64,000 nucleotides of DNA. Origin: Candidatus Latescibacterota bacterium (GTDB taxonomy: Bacteria; Latescibacterota; UBA2968; GCA-2709665). The position numbers were made by a program, and so were the translations under genes. The notes under the pieces were generated by a model that was given only the letters and a program-made list of their open reading frames with translations, was not told the DNA's origin and made no database searches. The DNA lies in NCBI GenBank assembly GCA_965116875.1, contig OZ220733.1, positions 4,800,001 through 4,864,000 on the forward strand, written 5' to 3'. Every line of letters starts with the position of its first letter. The first letter of the stretch is position 1. Below are positions 10,700 to 20,082 of this stretch, one piece after another.

Positions 10700-13132
10700 T
10701 CAGGGGAGCCCGAAATAGACTGCAAATACGAGGAAATCCTGAAAGTCGACAAGCCCCGAGGCGTCGAGGTCGAATGTTGGATTTTCCGTGCCGAAAGCAC
10801 CCGCAAAGGCAATAAAGTCGGCAAAGTTGACGGCGCCGTCGTCGTTGAAATCTCCGATCAACGTCTTCCCGACCGTCCATTGCCGACTGACTGAATTCTG
10901 CCCGGCGGATACCACGACCGCGACCACGTCATCCCCTTCCGTTGCGGGAATCGTCACGAGCAGGGACGGCCCGGTCTCATCCACTGAAATGCCGTTAATC
11001 GACCACGCGAAACTCAATTCATCTCCGTCCGGATCCAGGGCCGTCACCGAGAAACGAACCGTCTCCCCCGAGGCGCCGTACACGACCCCGCGGTCCGGGT
11101 CGGTATCCCGGATCTCCGGCGGGCGGTCGACATTCTTCACGTGTACGTTCACCCCGATGAGTACTTCATTGACGCCGTCGCTGACCAGGATCTGAATCTC
11201 GTACGTCCTGTCGCCCTGATCGAACCTCGGGGTCCAGGTCAGGCGATTCTCAACCAGGGTCGCCCCGGCCGGGAGGTTGCCGGACGAAAAGGCAAGTGCG
11301 TCGCCATCTTCGTCTTCCGCATCAATGAGAACCGAAAGCGGCTGCCCTTCCGTGATTGTGGTATCGGGAACCGCGGCCACCACGGGCGGCAGGTTCCCCG
11401 AGAGGGTCTGACCGAAGACCGCCCAGGCGACGGAGGGCGTCGTACCTGCCCCCGTGGCGGAGACCTGTACGACCGTCGTGCCTTTGCCAACCGCCACGAT
11501 TTCAATCGAATCGGTCACCGTGGTGAATGACGAAGGCTCCGCTTGTCCGGGCACGTTGATCGCCCTGCTGCCACTGGCGCGAGCAACGGTCCACGCTACC
11601 GGATTTCCTCCGGCGCCTTCCGCACGGACGGTCGCCCGGTCTGTATGTACGCCGAGCCGTGCGACGGGAACTTTGCTTTCGCCAACCGTCAACGTGAGAG
11701 GATTGGTCTCCCCGTCCACTGATTCCACCGGGGCGATCGTATATTCGTAATCGAAATCCTCCCCTTCCAGCGCGCCCGATATCGGCAAGAACACGATATT
11801 GTCGTATTGTCCCGCGTTCGGGATCTCCAGCCTGGAGCGGACCGGCCGCAGCAGGCCAACCCCGTCGGCATCGATCAGCATGGCCCAGAACTGCCAGCTT
11901 CCCCCGCCGGCCAGGCTGAAGTCGGCTCGTAGGCCGCCCTGCATCCCCTTCGTCGCCACCTGGATGTAGTCGGCAGCCAGATGATCCACCGTACCGGTAC
12001 CGGATGCCTGGCCGCCGGATACCGTCGAAACCGTTCTGACCGAGGCAGCGGGCTGATAGAACACGCCCTCTTCGTAAAACCCCTCTCGTGAGCGGGTTCC
12101 CGTGAAATAATTCCAGATGACGTAACCCGGCAGCGTCCCTGAAATTCCACCGGTGGGTATTGCCGGATCCAATTTCCCGATATCGTACGACGACGGGTTG
12201 CGCTCGCCCAGTCCCTCCCACGTCTCGCGAATGGTCCGTCGTCCAAAGACCTGGTCCAGGTAATGGACGTAGATGCATGCTCCGTACTGGTGTCCGTCCT
12301 GCAGATTGGGCTGCGAGTCGAGGGAAACGGTCGGTGAATCCAGAACGAACCGCGTGTACTGGAAATAATCGTTCACATCGTCGTACGCCACGTCTTCCAT
12401 CCAGGTCGCGGTGGCTTCGTGCCACCACGTCAGGGCTCGCGCATTATAGGCGAATTGTATCGCATGAAAGAACTCGTGCGCGACGGTCACGTGCAGACCG
12501 TCCAGACCCCGGGTCGCGTAGATCCGGTCCGTATAGTCATTGTCGACCGTCAGATAGGCAGACGTCACCGGATTACCGAGCCTTGTGGGCCAGGTTTGCC
12601 CGTACACGCCGGCCGTGCCAAGTTGCTGTATGTACACGTCGAACAGGCCATCGCCGTCATCCAGCGGGTCCCGGTACCCCAGGTTTCGGACCTGAAGCGC
12701 CCAAACGGCATCGAACGTGGCAGCGACTTCCTCGACGTAGTCGGGCACCCGGTTCCGGTTGGCGTCGACCGGCGAAACGGCATGACGGCCCCTCGTATCG
12801 TAGTGGACGCGGAAATGTCCGTCTTCGGATACGATGCTGTCCGTCATTGCCGGGCGCTCAAACACATGGGCGAACGCCTGGCGCGTATTTTTGCTCAGAC
12901 CCGGCCACCGGTTGGCCAGAGCCATGATGACGGGTGTGCCGCAAACCGCTCGCTCGCGGAAATATGGGCTGTCCGCCGGCAGCAGATCGGGCCTGAACAT
13001 CGCAGCCGCCCGGTTGAAGAGTTCGACCTCCGTTTCACGCGGAACCGGAGACAGATCGGGCGGCGTCCCGGCGCCTGCATGGACCCCGCCCATGAGAAAT
13101 GAAGCCATAAAGACACGAATAGGCCAATTCAT
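10700..13132 (-). CDS. Secreted zinc metalloprotease (MXAN_6640-like) with Ig-like domains and EF-hand/dockerin-like tail
   Basis: Signal peptide, CGTP prodomain motif, AHEFFHAIQ zinc motif and downstream EATATWME; Ig/cadherin-like repeats (NLPPVV..DAEDEDGD..WTP); C-terminal DFNDDGAVNFADF and DLDASGLVDFQDF. Confidence 0.75.
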   Translation of the reverse strand: MNWPIRVFMASFLMGGVHAGAGTPPDLSPVPRETEVELFNRAAAMFRPDLLPADSPYFRERAVCGTPVIMALANRWPGLSKNTRQAFAHVFERPAMTDSIVSEDGHFRVHYDTRGRHAVSPVDANRNRVPDYVEEVAATFDAVWALQVRNLGYRDPLDDGDGLFDVYIQQLGTAGVYGQTWPTRLGNPVTSAYLTVDNDYTDRIYATRGLDGLHVTVAHEFFHAIQFAYNARALTWWHEATATWMEDVAYDDVNDYFQYTRFVLDSPTVSLDSQPNLQDGHQYGACIYVHYLDQVFGRRTIRETWEGLGERNPSSYDIGKLDPAIPTGGISGTLPGYVIWNYFTGTRSREGFYEEGVFYQPAASVRTVSTVSGGQASGTGTVDHLAADYIQVATKGMQGGLRADFSLAGGGSWQFWAMLIDADGVGLLRPVRSRLEIPNAGQYDNIVFLPISGALEGEDFDYEYTIAPVESVDGETNPLTLTVGESKVPVARLGVHTDRATVRAEGAGGNPVAWTVARASGSRAINVPGQAEPSSFTTVTDSIEIVAVGKGTTVVQVSATGAGTTPSVAWAVFGQTLSGNLPPVVAAVPDTTITEGQPLSVLIDAEDEDGDALAFSSGNLPAGATLVENRLTWTPRFDQGDRTYEIQILVSDGVNEVLIGVNVHVKNVDRPPEIRDTDPDRGVVYGASGETVRFSVTALDPDGDELSFAWSINGISVDETGPSLLVTIPATEGDDVVAVVVSAGQNSVSRQWTVGKTLIGDFNDDGAVNFADFIAFAGAFGTENPTFDLDASGLVDFQDFLVFAVYFGLP

Positions 13133-13202
13133 ATCGTTTGTTGAACCTGTGCCGGTCCTGACATCGACGCGGCAATGCACGCCCGTCCCGCCGCGACGGA
13201 GT

Positions 13203-13880
13203 TCATGTACCTTGCTCGGCGCCTGTCACGTAAATGCTGTCCGACACGTTTACACCGACGACATGCTGGGTGTCGCCATCCAGTTCAATGGTCATCGGGC
13301 CGTTGAACGGCGCCTTCTCCTGAACGAACAGTGTGACGCCGGGCCGCAATCCAAGCGCCCCCAGATACCTGAGCATCTCGGGACTCTGGTCGTTCACCTG
13401 CGCGATCACGACCGCCTCCCCGGGCTTCACCTGCGTGAGAGGGACGCAATCCGTATCTTCTATATTTCCGTCTTTCGTGGGAATCGGCGCGCCATGAGGG
13501 TCGGTTGTGGGATGGCCGAGAACCTTGTCGATCTTGTCCTCGAACTCTTCAGATATTACGTGCTCAAGTCTGTCGGCCTCCGCGTCGACTTCGTCCCAGT
13601 CGTAGCCCAATGCATCGGCCAGGTACAATTCGAGCAGCCGGTGATGCCTCAACACCTCCAGGGCGACGGCTTCTCCCGCCGGCGTGAGTTCGACACCCTG
13701 ATAGGGTGTGTGCTGAACGAGATTCATCTCAGCCAGCTTCTTGATCATATTCGTCGCGGAAGCGGCCGCCACGTCCATCCGCTCCGCAACCATCGACGTA
13801 TTCACGGTTTCCCTGGGCTCGTGCCCATGTTGCAGTTTGTAGATGGACTTCAGATAGTCCTGCGCGGCCTGACTGAGCAT
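13203..13880 (-). CDS. DtxR/MntR-family metal-dependent repressor with FeoA-like C-terminal domain
   Basis: QDYLKSIY, RHHRLLELYL, EADRLEH and DPHGAPIP motifs; SH3/FeoA tail. Confidence 0.92.
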   Translation of the reverse strand: MLSQAAQDYLKSIYKLQHGHEPRETVNTSMVAERMDVAAASATNMIKKLAEMNLVQHTPYQGVELTPAGEAVALEVLRHHRLLELYLADALGYDWDEVDAEADRLEHVISEEFEDKIDKVLGHPTTDPHGAPIPTKDGNIEDTDCVPLTQVKPGEAVVIAQVNDQSPEMLRYLGALGLRPGVTLFVQEKAPFNGPMTIELDGDTQHVVGVNVSDSIYVTGAEQGT

Positions 13881-13977
13881 GTGTTTCCTTTCGCTGGCAA
13901 TCCTGCGCGGTTACCTGAACCGGCAGTGACATCCGGAAACTATCTTCCACGAACACCAGCCGAAACCGGAAATCGCC

Positions 13978-15414
13978 TTACCCTGATACCAGTCGCCAGA
14001 TCTGTGCAACGAGAAAACAGAGCAGGAAACCCATTCCCACGGGCAATAACGACGAAATGGACGTCCATCTGGCGCTTCGTGTTTCCTTCCAGATCGTATA
14101 TATCGTGGTAGAACACGGATTGTGCACCAGACTGAACAACATCAAATTGACGGCAGTGAGCAGACTCCATCCGCCGGAAGCGAAAATCTGCGCCACCGCG
14201 GCATTGGAGTTTAGTTCAAACATGACCCCGGCGCCTTCACCCATCCCGGTCATCCCCGCACTCAATACCGTCAACATCAGTATGGTGGGAATCACGATTT
14301 CGTTCGCCGGGATTGCGATCACGTAGGCCAGCAGGATGACGCCGTTCAATCCGATAAGCAGGCCGAACGGCTGGCTCCAGTTGATGAAATGCTCCGCGAC
14401 GCTGAGCCCCCCGACCAGGATATTGGAACTCAGCCAGATCACCGCGCCCGCGGGAACCGCAAAGATCACCGCCCGCCACAGCACAATCAGCGTTCTGTCA
14501 ATAATGGAAGTATAGACGGTCTGCAAGACCCGAGGGGGTCGATACGGCGGAAGTTCCAGGCTGAAGGCGGATGCTTCTCCCCGGAGAACCGACCTGGAGA
14601 GGCCCCATGAGACGACAAACGAGAGCAGAACGCCAAATACGGCGACAGCCACAACCGCACCGGCGGAAACCAGGCCGGCGAAATGGGCCGGCGCCAGGCC
14701 TCCGATAAATATCGTAGCCACCAGTATCTGGGTGGGCCACCGTCCGTTGCAGAGCGAGAAATTGTTGGTAATGATGGCGATGAGCCGCTCTCTGGGACTG
14801 TCTATAACCCGTGTGGACACGATCGCTGCGGCATTGCAACCGAATCCCATACTCATCGTCAGCGCCTGCTTCCCGTGCGCGCCTGCTTTTTTGAACCACT
14901 TGTCAAGATTGAACGCGACCCGGGGCAGATATCCGAAGTCCTCCAGTAGCGTAAACAGTGGAAAGAAGATCGCCATGGGTGGCAACATGACGCTGACGAC
15001 CCACGCCATTGCCAGGTAGATGCCGTCAACGAGCAGGCCGTCGAGCCACCAGGGCAGGCCGACTGCCGCGGCCACGGATTTTAACATCGGGTGAACGGAG
15101 TCGATCAACAGACCCGCGAGCATCGCCGAAGGCAGATTCGCGCCCTCGATCGTCAGCCAAAATACCAGCGTCAGCAGAAATAACATGATGGGGAAACCCA
15201 GCCAGCGGCTGGTTACGAGCCGGTCGATCGTCCGGTCCAGATCGAACCGGGCGGCCTCCCCGGTCCGGGTGACGGCGCGGTCTGCGATCTGCGCTGCGTT
15301 TGCGTAGAGCGTTTCCATCAATGAATCGTGGAAATTGGACCCCACTTCCCATCGAAGCTTCGCCGCCAATCGAATCAATTCTTCGGGACGTTTATTTGCG
15401 GTGGAATCCCTCAC
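13978..15414 (-). CDS. feoB: FeoB membrane (gate) half of a split FeoB
   Basis: [26 protein letters not shown] and NPCSTT motifs; no GTPase domain; GTG start overlaps the upstream stop (GTGA) with AGGAGG upstream. Confidence 0.88.
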   Translation of the reverse strand: MRDSTANKRPEELIRLAAKLRWEVGSNFHDSLMETLYANAAQIADRAVTRTGEAARFDLDRTIDRLVTSRWLGFPIMLFLLTLVFWLTIEGANLPSAMLAGLLIDSVHPMLKSVAAAVGLPWWLDGLLVDGIYLAMAWVVSVMLPPMAIFFPLFTLLEDFGYLPRVAFNLDKWFKKAGAHGKQALTMSMGFGCNAAAIVSTRVIDSPRERLIAIITNNFSLCNGRWPTQILVATIFIGGLAPAHFAGLVSAGAVVAVAVFGVLLSFVVSWGLSRSVLRGEASAFSLELPPYRPPRVLQTVYTSIIDRTLIVLWRAVIFAVPAGAVIWLSSNILVGGLSVAEHFINWSQPFGLLIGLNGVILLAYVIAIPANEIVIPTILMLTVLSAGMTGMGEGAGVMFELNSNAAVAQIFASGGWSLLTAVNLMLFSLVHNPCSTTIYTIWKETRSARWTSISSLLPVGMGFLLCFLVAQIWRLVSG

Positions 15415-16220
15415 GCCGTGACCTCCTCTCCCTGCACCGGATTACGGTTCAGGTCCCCGAGCTCTCCCGAACTCACCGCTTCCATAATTCGCGTGTCGCC
15501 TTCGAGCAGCCGGAGCGCCACCCATCGCGAGTTCGGAACGTTGGGAAACGCCTCATCCAGCTGAGCCATGAGTTTGTTTACGGCCTTCCTCAATTCAGGC
15601 GGCTCGTTTTTGATGCGTTGCGGCCTGCAAACCGTCCTGCCGGTCGCCACATCACTCAATACCCGCGTCAGCTCAGGCATTCCCTCCCCCCGGCGCGCCG
15701 CTGCAGGTACCACCGGGACCCCCAGATCTCGTGACAGTCGTCGTTCGTCCACCCGTAGTCCCTGGCGTTTCGCTTCGTCTATCAGGTTCAGACACACGAC
15801 TGCACGGTCGGTAATCTCCAGTACCTGAAGGACGAGATTCAGATTCCGCTCCAGCCGCACGGCGTCCACGACAACCACCGTGACGTCCGGACGTCCGAAC
15901 AGGATAAAATCCCGGGCGACCTCTTCGTCGAGACTGGTGGACAGGAGAGAATATGTTCCGGGAAGGTCCACAAGCTTATACCGGTGGCCGCCGAACGCGA
16001 AACCGCCTTCGGCCCGCACGACTGTTTTTCCGGGCCAGTTTCCGGTGTGCTGCCGCAATCCGGTGAGGGCATTGAATACCGTGCTTTTTCCTGTATTCGG
16101 ATTTCCTGCCAGCGCCACGACAAAATCCCAATTCGCCATATTCACGCCGAGTTTGATCAGGTTGCCCGAATGATGGGCCGGGCAGGCCTCGCATCCGTCG
16201 ATCGTTGTCTGCATTTCCAT
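15411..16220 (-). CDS. feoB: FeoB N-terminal GTPase half of a split FeoB
   Basis: [20 protein letters not shown] and NLIDE G-motifs; N-terminal CEACPAHH. Confidence 0.88.
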   Translation of the reverse strand: MEMQTTIDGCEACPAHHSGNLIKLGVNMANWDFVVALAGNPNTGKSTVFNALTGLRQHTGNWPGKTVVRAEGGFAFGGHRYKLVDLPGTYSLLSTSLDEEVARDFILFGRPDVTVVVVDAVRLERNLNLVLQVLEITDRAVVCLNLIDEAKRQGLRVDERRLSRDLGVPVVPAAARRGEGMPELTRVLSDVATGRTVCRPQRIKNEPPELRKAVNKLMAQLDEAFPNVPNSRWVALRLLEGDTRIMEAVSSGELGDLNRNPVQGEEVTA

Positions 16221-16272
16221 AGTAAACGCTCCATCCGATTCCGATTGCGCCTGAGTGGAAGGTGGCGGTCGT

Positions 16273-17298
16273 TCATTCCACGAGTTGCACCCGAATTTGA
16301 ACCTGACGTGCCTGCTCCTCTCGAAGCGCAATGGTTGTGCCGCGTATCCGGTATGCGGTTGGATCCCCGGAAGGGCTGCGCATGTCCACCTGGATCCGGG
16401 TACCGGGAAGGATCCCCAGGTCCATCAGCCGACGCCGTTCCAGACCGCGGCATGATCCGGACAGTCGGACAACGCGCCCGACTTCGCCCGTTCTCAGGCC
16501 GGACAACAGTTCATCGGACGCTTCTTCTTCGATACCATTGGATACTGCGGTGACGGAAATGTGGTCGGCCAGCAACGGCGCCAGCACATGCTCTTCTCCA
16601 TCTGCCCAGAAGCGCACGCGCTGGGGCAGAACCTCGATCAACTCGATTCGCATCCCGACGTGAAGTCCCTCCGCCGCAAGCTGCGCGTACACGGGCTCCG
16701 GCTCGTCTTCGATGTGTACGATCACCGCCGCAACGCCGACGGGGTGTTCCGTCAGGTGCGTTCCGCGTCTTGGCGCGATGTCTCCGGCGACGGTGGGTAT
16801 GGGGTCCCCATGCGGGTCGTAGACGGGAAACCCCATCCTCCGGTCCAGCCGTTCCACGTCCTCGGTAGACAGATCGTGCTCCCGGCGTTCCGCCTCGCTG
16901 TGCCAGTCGGCAGCCGCCACACCGGTCTCCTCGGCCAGATAGTGTTCCCAGAGGCGGTGAACTCTCAGGATGCGAAGCGCGTAATCCCGACCCTGCGTTG
17001 TCAGTCTGAGGCTACCGCCGTCTGAAACGGTGAGTCCGCGGACCCCCGCCCGTACGAGAAGATCGGACGCGCGGCCAGGCGGGATCCCAAGTGCGCCGGA
17101 CAGGCTTTCGACCGTTGCGATCTGCTGTTGATATTCGCAGTTATATACGTGCTTGAGCAGATCTTCCATCAGGACGCGCTCGGTCAGCCTCCGGGCCCGC
17201 CGCCACCGCCAGAAATATCCCGAGCCCGGCCGGATAAGAAACCATGCGCAACCGAGAATGACGGCTGCGCCCAGAAGCGCTCTCACGGGTTCGATCAT
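16273..17298 (-). CDS. Membrane-anchored DtxR-family protein fused to two FeoA domains
   Basis: N-terminal hydrophobic helix followed by WRWRRARR; [22 protein letters not shown] and DPHGDPIP; C-terminal FeoA signature [26 protein letters not shown]. Confidence 0.85.
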   Translation of the reverse strand: MIEPVRALLGAAVILGCAWFLIRPGSGYFWRWRRARRLTERVLMEDLLKHVYNCEYQQQIATVESLSGALGIPPGRASDLLVRAGVRGLTVSDGGSLRLTTQGRDYALRILRVHRLWEHYLAEETGVAAADWHSEAERREHDLSTEDVERLDRRMGFPVYDPHGDPIPTVAGDIAPRRGTHLTEHPVGVAAVIVHIEDEPEPVYAQLAAEGLHVGMRIELIEVLPQRVRFWADGEEHVLAPLLADHISVTAVSNGIEEEASDELLSGLRTGEVGRVVRLSGSCRGLERRRLMDLGILPGTRIQVDMRSPSGDPTAYRIRGTTIALREEQARQVQIRVQLVE

Positions 17299-17343
17299 CC
17301 GGTTTTCCTTCTGTCAATACCGATTATCCAAAGATAAAAAAAT

Positions 17344-17387
17344 ATTTAGATGCGCCTAAATTTAAGGCAGCACCCTGCATCTGTCAA
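17344..17387 (-). promoter_or_regulatory. DtxR/MntR-type operator palindrome overlapping a sigma70 promoter
   Basis: ATTTAGATGCGCCTAAAT (17344-17361) imperfect palindrome; minus strand TTGACA (17387-17382)-N17-TAAATT. Confidence 0.7.
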
Positions 17388-17760
17388 GTACAAAACCGCT
17401 CTCGAAGAGCCTGTGGGTTGGCATGCCGGTCCGCGCAACCACGGGAAGCGTGATTCAGCAATCCTCAAATCCGGGATAAAACAGGGTCTCAGGACATACA
17501 GGAGCCTCGCGGCCTCCAGACTGACTGCGGAGTTTACGGCGCCTATGACAAGAAAGACGTTGCACAATCCTGAAGATAGGTCGATATTTCGTGAGAATCG
17601 CCGGATTGCGAGACGACGGCCTGCCGCTGATGACCCAGGCGGCCACGCCCGAGCAATGCCGGAGGTCGTTACGAAGCGGAGCAATCGGGATGTACCGCCG
17701 ATGCCCTGCGTGGATACGTCTACAGGCCGAAAAATCCTCTATTACCAAAAGGCTGCTTCC

Positions 17761-18855
17761 GTGAATCGAGTCAAGTCCGGCATCTTCATCATGCCGTTCC
17801 ACCCGCCTGGAAAATCCCTCAGTCAATGCCACGATGAAGACATGGAGCTGGTCATTCGCGCCGACGAACTGGGTATCGACGAATTCTGGATCGGCGAGCA
17901 TCACACCATGGTCTATGAAAACATCGCGATGCCAGAGATATTCATCGGGGCGGCGCTGCGGGAAACCGGCAATATTCGGCTGGGCCCGGCGCCGGTCTGC
18001 CTGCAACAACACCACCCTGCGCTTGTCGCGAGCCGGCTTTCGTTTCTCGACCACCTGTCCCGGGGTCGACTCAATCTCTGCTTCGGTCCCGGCAGCGTTC
18101 CAACCGACCTTGAGATACTCGGTATCGACCCCCAGCACAGCGCCGCAATGGTCGCCGAATCGATCGAGATGATCCTGACGCTCTGGCAGACAGACCCGCC
18201 CTTCGCTATCGATGGCCGGTTCTGGGAGATCCGCATGGAACGCACGATCGATCCGGAGGTCGGCCTGGGGGTTATTCACAAGCCGTACCAACGACCCCAT
18301 CCTCCCATTTCAATGCCGATCAGTTCGATTCACTCGGAAACCGCCAGGGAGGCGGGGAGGCGCGGCTTTCAACCGTTCGGTCACAGCCTGATTCCATCGA
18401 ACACGCTGGCGAACATCTGGACGACATACGCACAGGCTGCCCTGGAGGCGGGTCGCATGCCGGACCGCTGCGACTTCAAGATCGCTCGTGCGATCTTCCT
18501 GGCAGATTCCACGGAAGAAGCGGTGCGGCGCGCAAGATCAAACACGGTCGCGGCGAACTTCACATATATCGGCTCCCTGCTCAAACGCGGGGGCCGCGGC
18601 CTCGGCATGTTCAAACGCGACCCGGATATGCCGGATGCGGACTGCAATCTTGATTACCTGATGGGCGAGCAGATCATTGCCGGTGACGTCGACACGGTCG
18701 TCGATCGTCTCGAATCCCTGCGTACGGAAGTCGGAGACTTCGGAACGCTCGTTATGATGTCGTATGACTGGGACGACAAAGACAGCTGGCTGCGCAGTCT
18801 CGAACTCTTTGCGACAGAATTGATGCCGGCACTGAACCGCGAGGAAAGGCCATAG
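17761..18855 (+). CDS. LLM-class (luciferase-like) flavin-dependent oxidoreductase
   Basis: MPFHPP, WIGEHH, IRLGPA, LDHLSRGR, PYQRPHPP and IAGDVDTV motifs; the upstream extension to 17350 is probably non-coding. Confidence 0.9.
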   Translation: MNRVKSGIFIMPFHPPGKSLSQCHDEDMELVIRADELGIDEFWIGEHHTMVYENIAMPEIFIGAALRETGNIRLGPAPVCLQQHHPALVASRLSFLDHLSRGRLNLCFGPGSVPTDLEILGIDPQHSAAMVAESIEMILTLWQTDPPFAIDGRFWEIRMERTIDPEVGLGVIHKPYQRPHPPISMPISSIHSETAREAGRRGFQPFGHSLIPSNTLANIWTTYAQAALEAGRMPDRCDFKIARAIFLADSTEEAVRRARSNTVAANFTYIGSLLKRGGRGLGMFKRDPDMPDADCNLDYLMGEQIIAGDVDTVVDRLESLRTEVGDFGTLVMMSYDWDDKDSWLRSLELFATELMPALNREERP

Positions 18856-18961
18856 CAGGTGGCATGAACTTCCGCCGCGTTCCACGGACTGAAATTGCGC
18901 TGGCGCCCACATTCAGATCGAGGGGGCAACGAACGTCGGGGCGCCCTTGCTGAACAATAAA

Positions 18962-18995
18962 AAAAAGGCGACGCCGCAGTCGGTGTCGCCTTTTT
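18962..18995. terminator. Bidirectional intrinsic terminator
   Basis: AAAAAGGCGAC..GTCGCCTTTTT between convergent genes. Confidence 0.75.
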
Positions 18996-19020
18996 GAATC
19001 GATGAATCCGGAGTGGGGGT

Positions 19021-19050
19021 TAGCAGCCCGTTGAAAAAGTCCATCCGGGC
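19021..19050. repeat. Isolated end of MITE family 2
   Basis: TAGCAGCCCGTTGAAAAAGTCCATCCGGGC, near reverse complement of 6498-6527. Confidence 0.55.
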
Positions 19051-19121
19051 TACGGCCGGCCCTTGCGGTCGAAAACCTGCGTTGCGCTCCCTCGCCGAAT
19101 CAAAGGATGGGACTTCGCGAA

Positions 19122-19688
19122 TCACTCCATCTTTTTCGCCGATTTAACGGGGTAATCCTTTTCAAACCGCTCCCGGTATTTCTCTTCCCACCCGTCGATG
19201 GACTCCCGAAGCGCCGCTACCATCTGCGGTTCAACCTGAAGCAACTCCTTCATCTTCAGGGGAAACCTCTTGCCGTCCGGATAAAAACTGCCGTCCAAGA
19301 CCAATTCCTGAAGAAAGGGATAACCTGCCACCAACTCACCCGGCGAAGGACTCAGCGGTGTAACGCGGGTGTGGACCTTCAAGCCCATGTAGGCCAGGTG
19401 GCTGAACCCCATCCTGAAACGGACGTGAGCGCCTACCCTGTTGACTCGCACTTTATGGCCGGCATACAATTCGTCCAAGCGCGCCGCAAGCAGCTTCCAC
19501 CCCTGGTGGAATTCGTTCAGCGGCATCGCTTTCTCGCCCGAAAACGCCGCTTCCCGGTCCTTGGCAAGCTGCCTGGCCATCGCGAGGGATTTGTCGTCCA
19601 GCTTTTTTGCCCCGGCATCGACGGAAGGCGCATGGGACAGCGATACGCAGATGAAGATGCCGATCGAAGTCGTAAGAACAGAACGCAC
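19122..19688 (-). CDS. Hypothetical secreted protein
   Basis: GGGGAG RBS before GTG; signal-peptide-like N-terminus; no recognised motif. Confidence 0.5.
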   Translation of the reverse strand: MRSVLTTSIGIFICVSLSHAPSVDAGAKKLDDKSLAMARQLAKDREAAFSGEKAMPLNEFHQGWKLLAARLDELYAGHKVRVNRVGAHVRFRMGFSHLAYMGLKVHTRVTPLSPSPGELVAGYPFLQELVLDGSFYPDGKRFPLKMKELLQVEPQMVAALRESIDGWEEKYRERFEKDYPVKSAKKME

Positions 19689-19901
19689 TATGTACTCCCC
19701 CATTTTAGATGACGAACAAGCGATTCCTGATAGAAAAGCATACCGAATCGTCCGGCGGCACGCAGACCGGATCCTGAACACGAAGGAGAGTAAAGAATAT
19801 GGAACGGTTGCGCAAGCGTTTTCTCGTACACCGAAAGAAAAACCGGCCACCCGCCGATTCCGGGTCAGCGGGTAGCCGATGTGCTTGAAATGCAGGCAGG
19901 T

Positions 19902-20081
19902 TCACGCCGAAGGCGGATCTTCGATATCGAGGAGTAATGGTTGCGATGCGTCCGGCCGGCCCCCGTCCCCGCAGGTGTTGCAACCGGCGGATTCCACCAG
20001 GAACGGACTGACGAACTTCCAGGCCGCCCAGGAACCGCAGGCGACCGCGACACCGACTGCAACTGCAGATTGCCAATCCAA
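19902..20081 (-). CDS. Small FeoB-associated Cys-containing membrane protein (59 aa, not in ORF track)
   Basis: Hand translation from TTG 1 nt after the feoB stop: MDWQSAVAVGVAVACGSWAAWKFVSPFLVESAGCNTCGDGGRPDASQPLLLDIEDPPSA; one TM helix plus CxxC. Confidence 0.7.
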   Translation of the reverse strand: MDWQSAVAVGVAVACGSWAAWKFVSPFLVESAGCNTCGDGGRPDASQPLLLDIEDPPSA

Positions 20082-20082
20082 T

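Noticed and set aside
10646-10894. 82-aa plus-strand ORF
   Set aside because: Overlaps the EF-hand-like tail of the metalloprotease on the opposite strand; no independent support.
15411-15414. feoB split as a frameshift pseudogene
   Set aside because: Stop/start overlap with a dedicated AGGAGG and intact motifs in both halves argue for a natural split.
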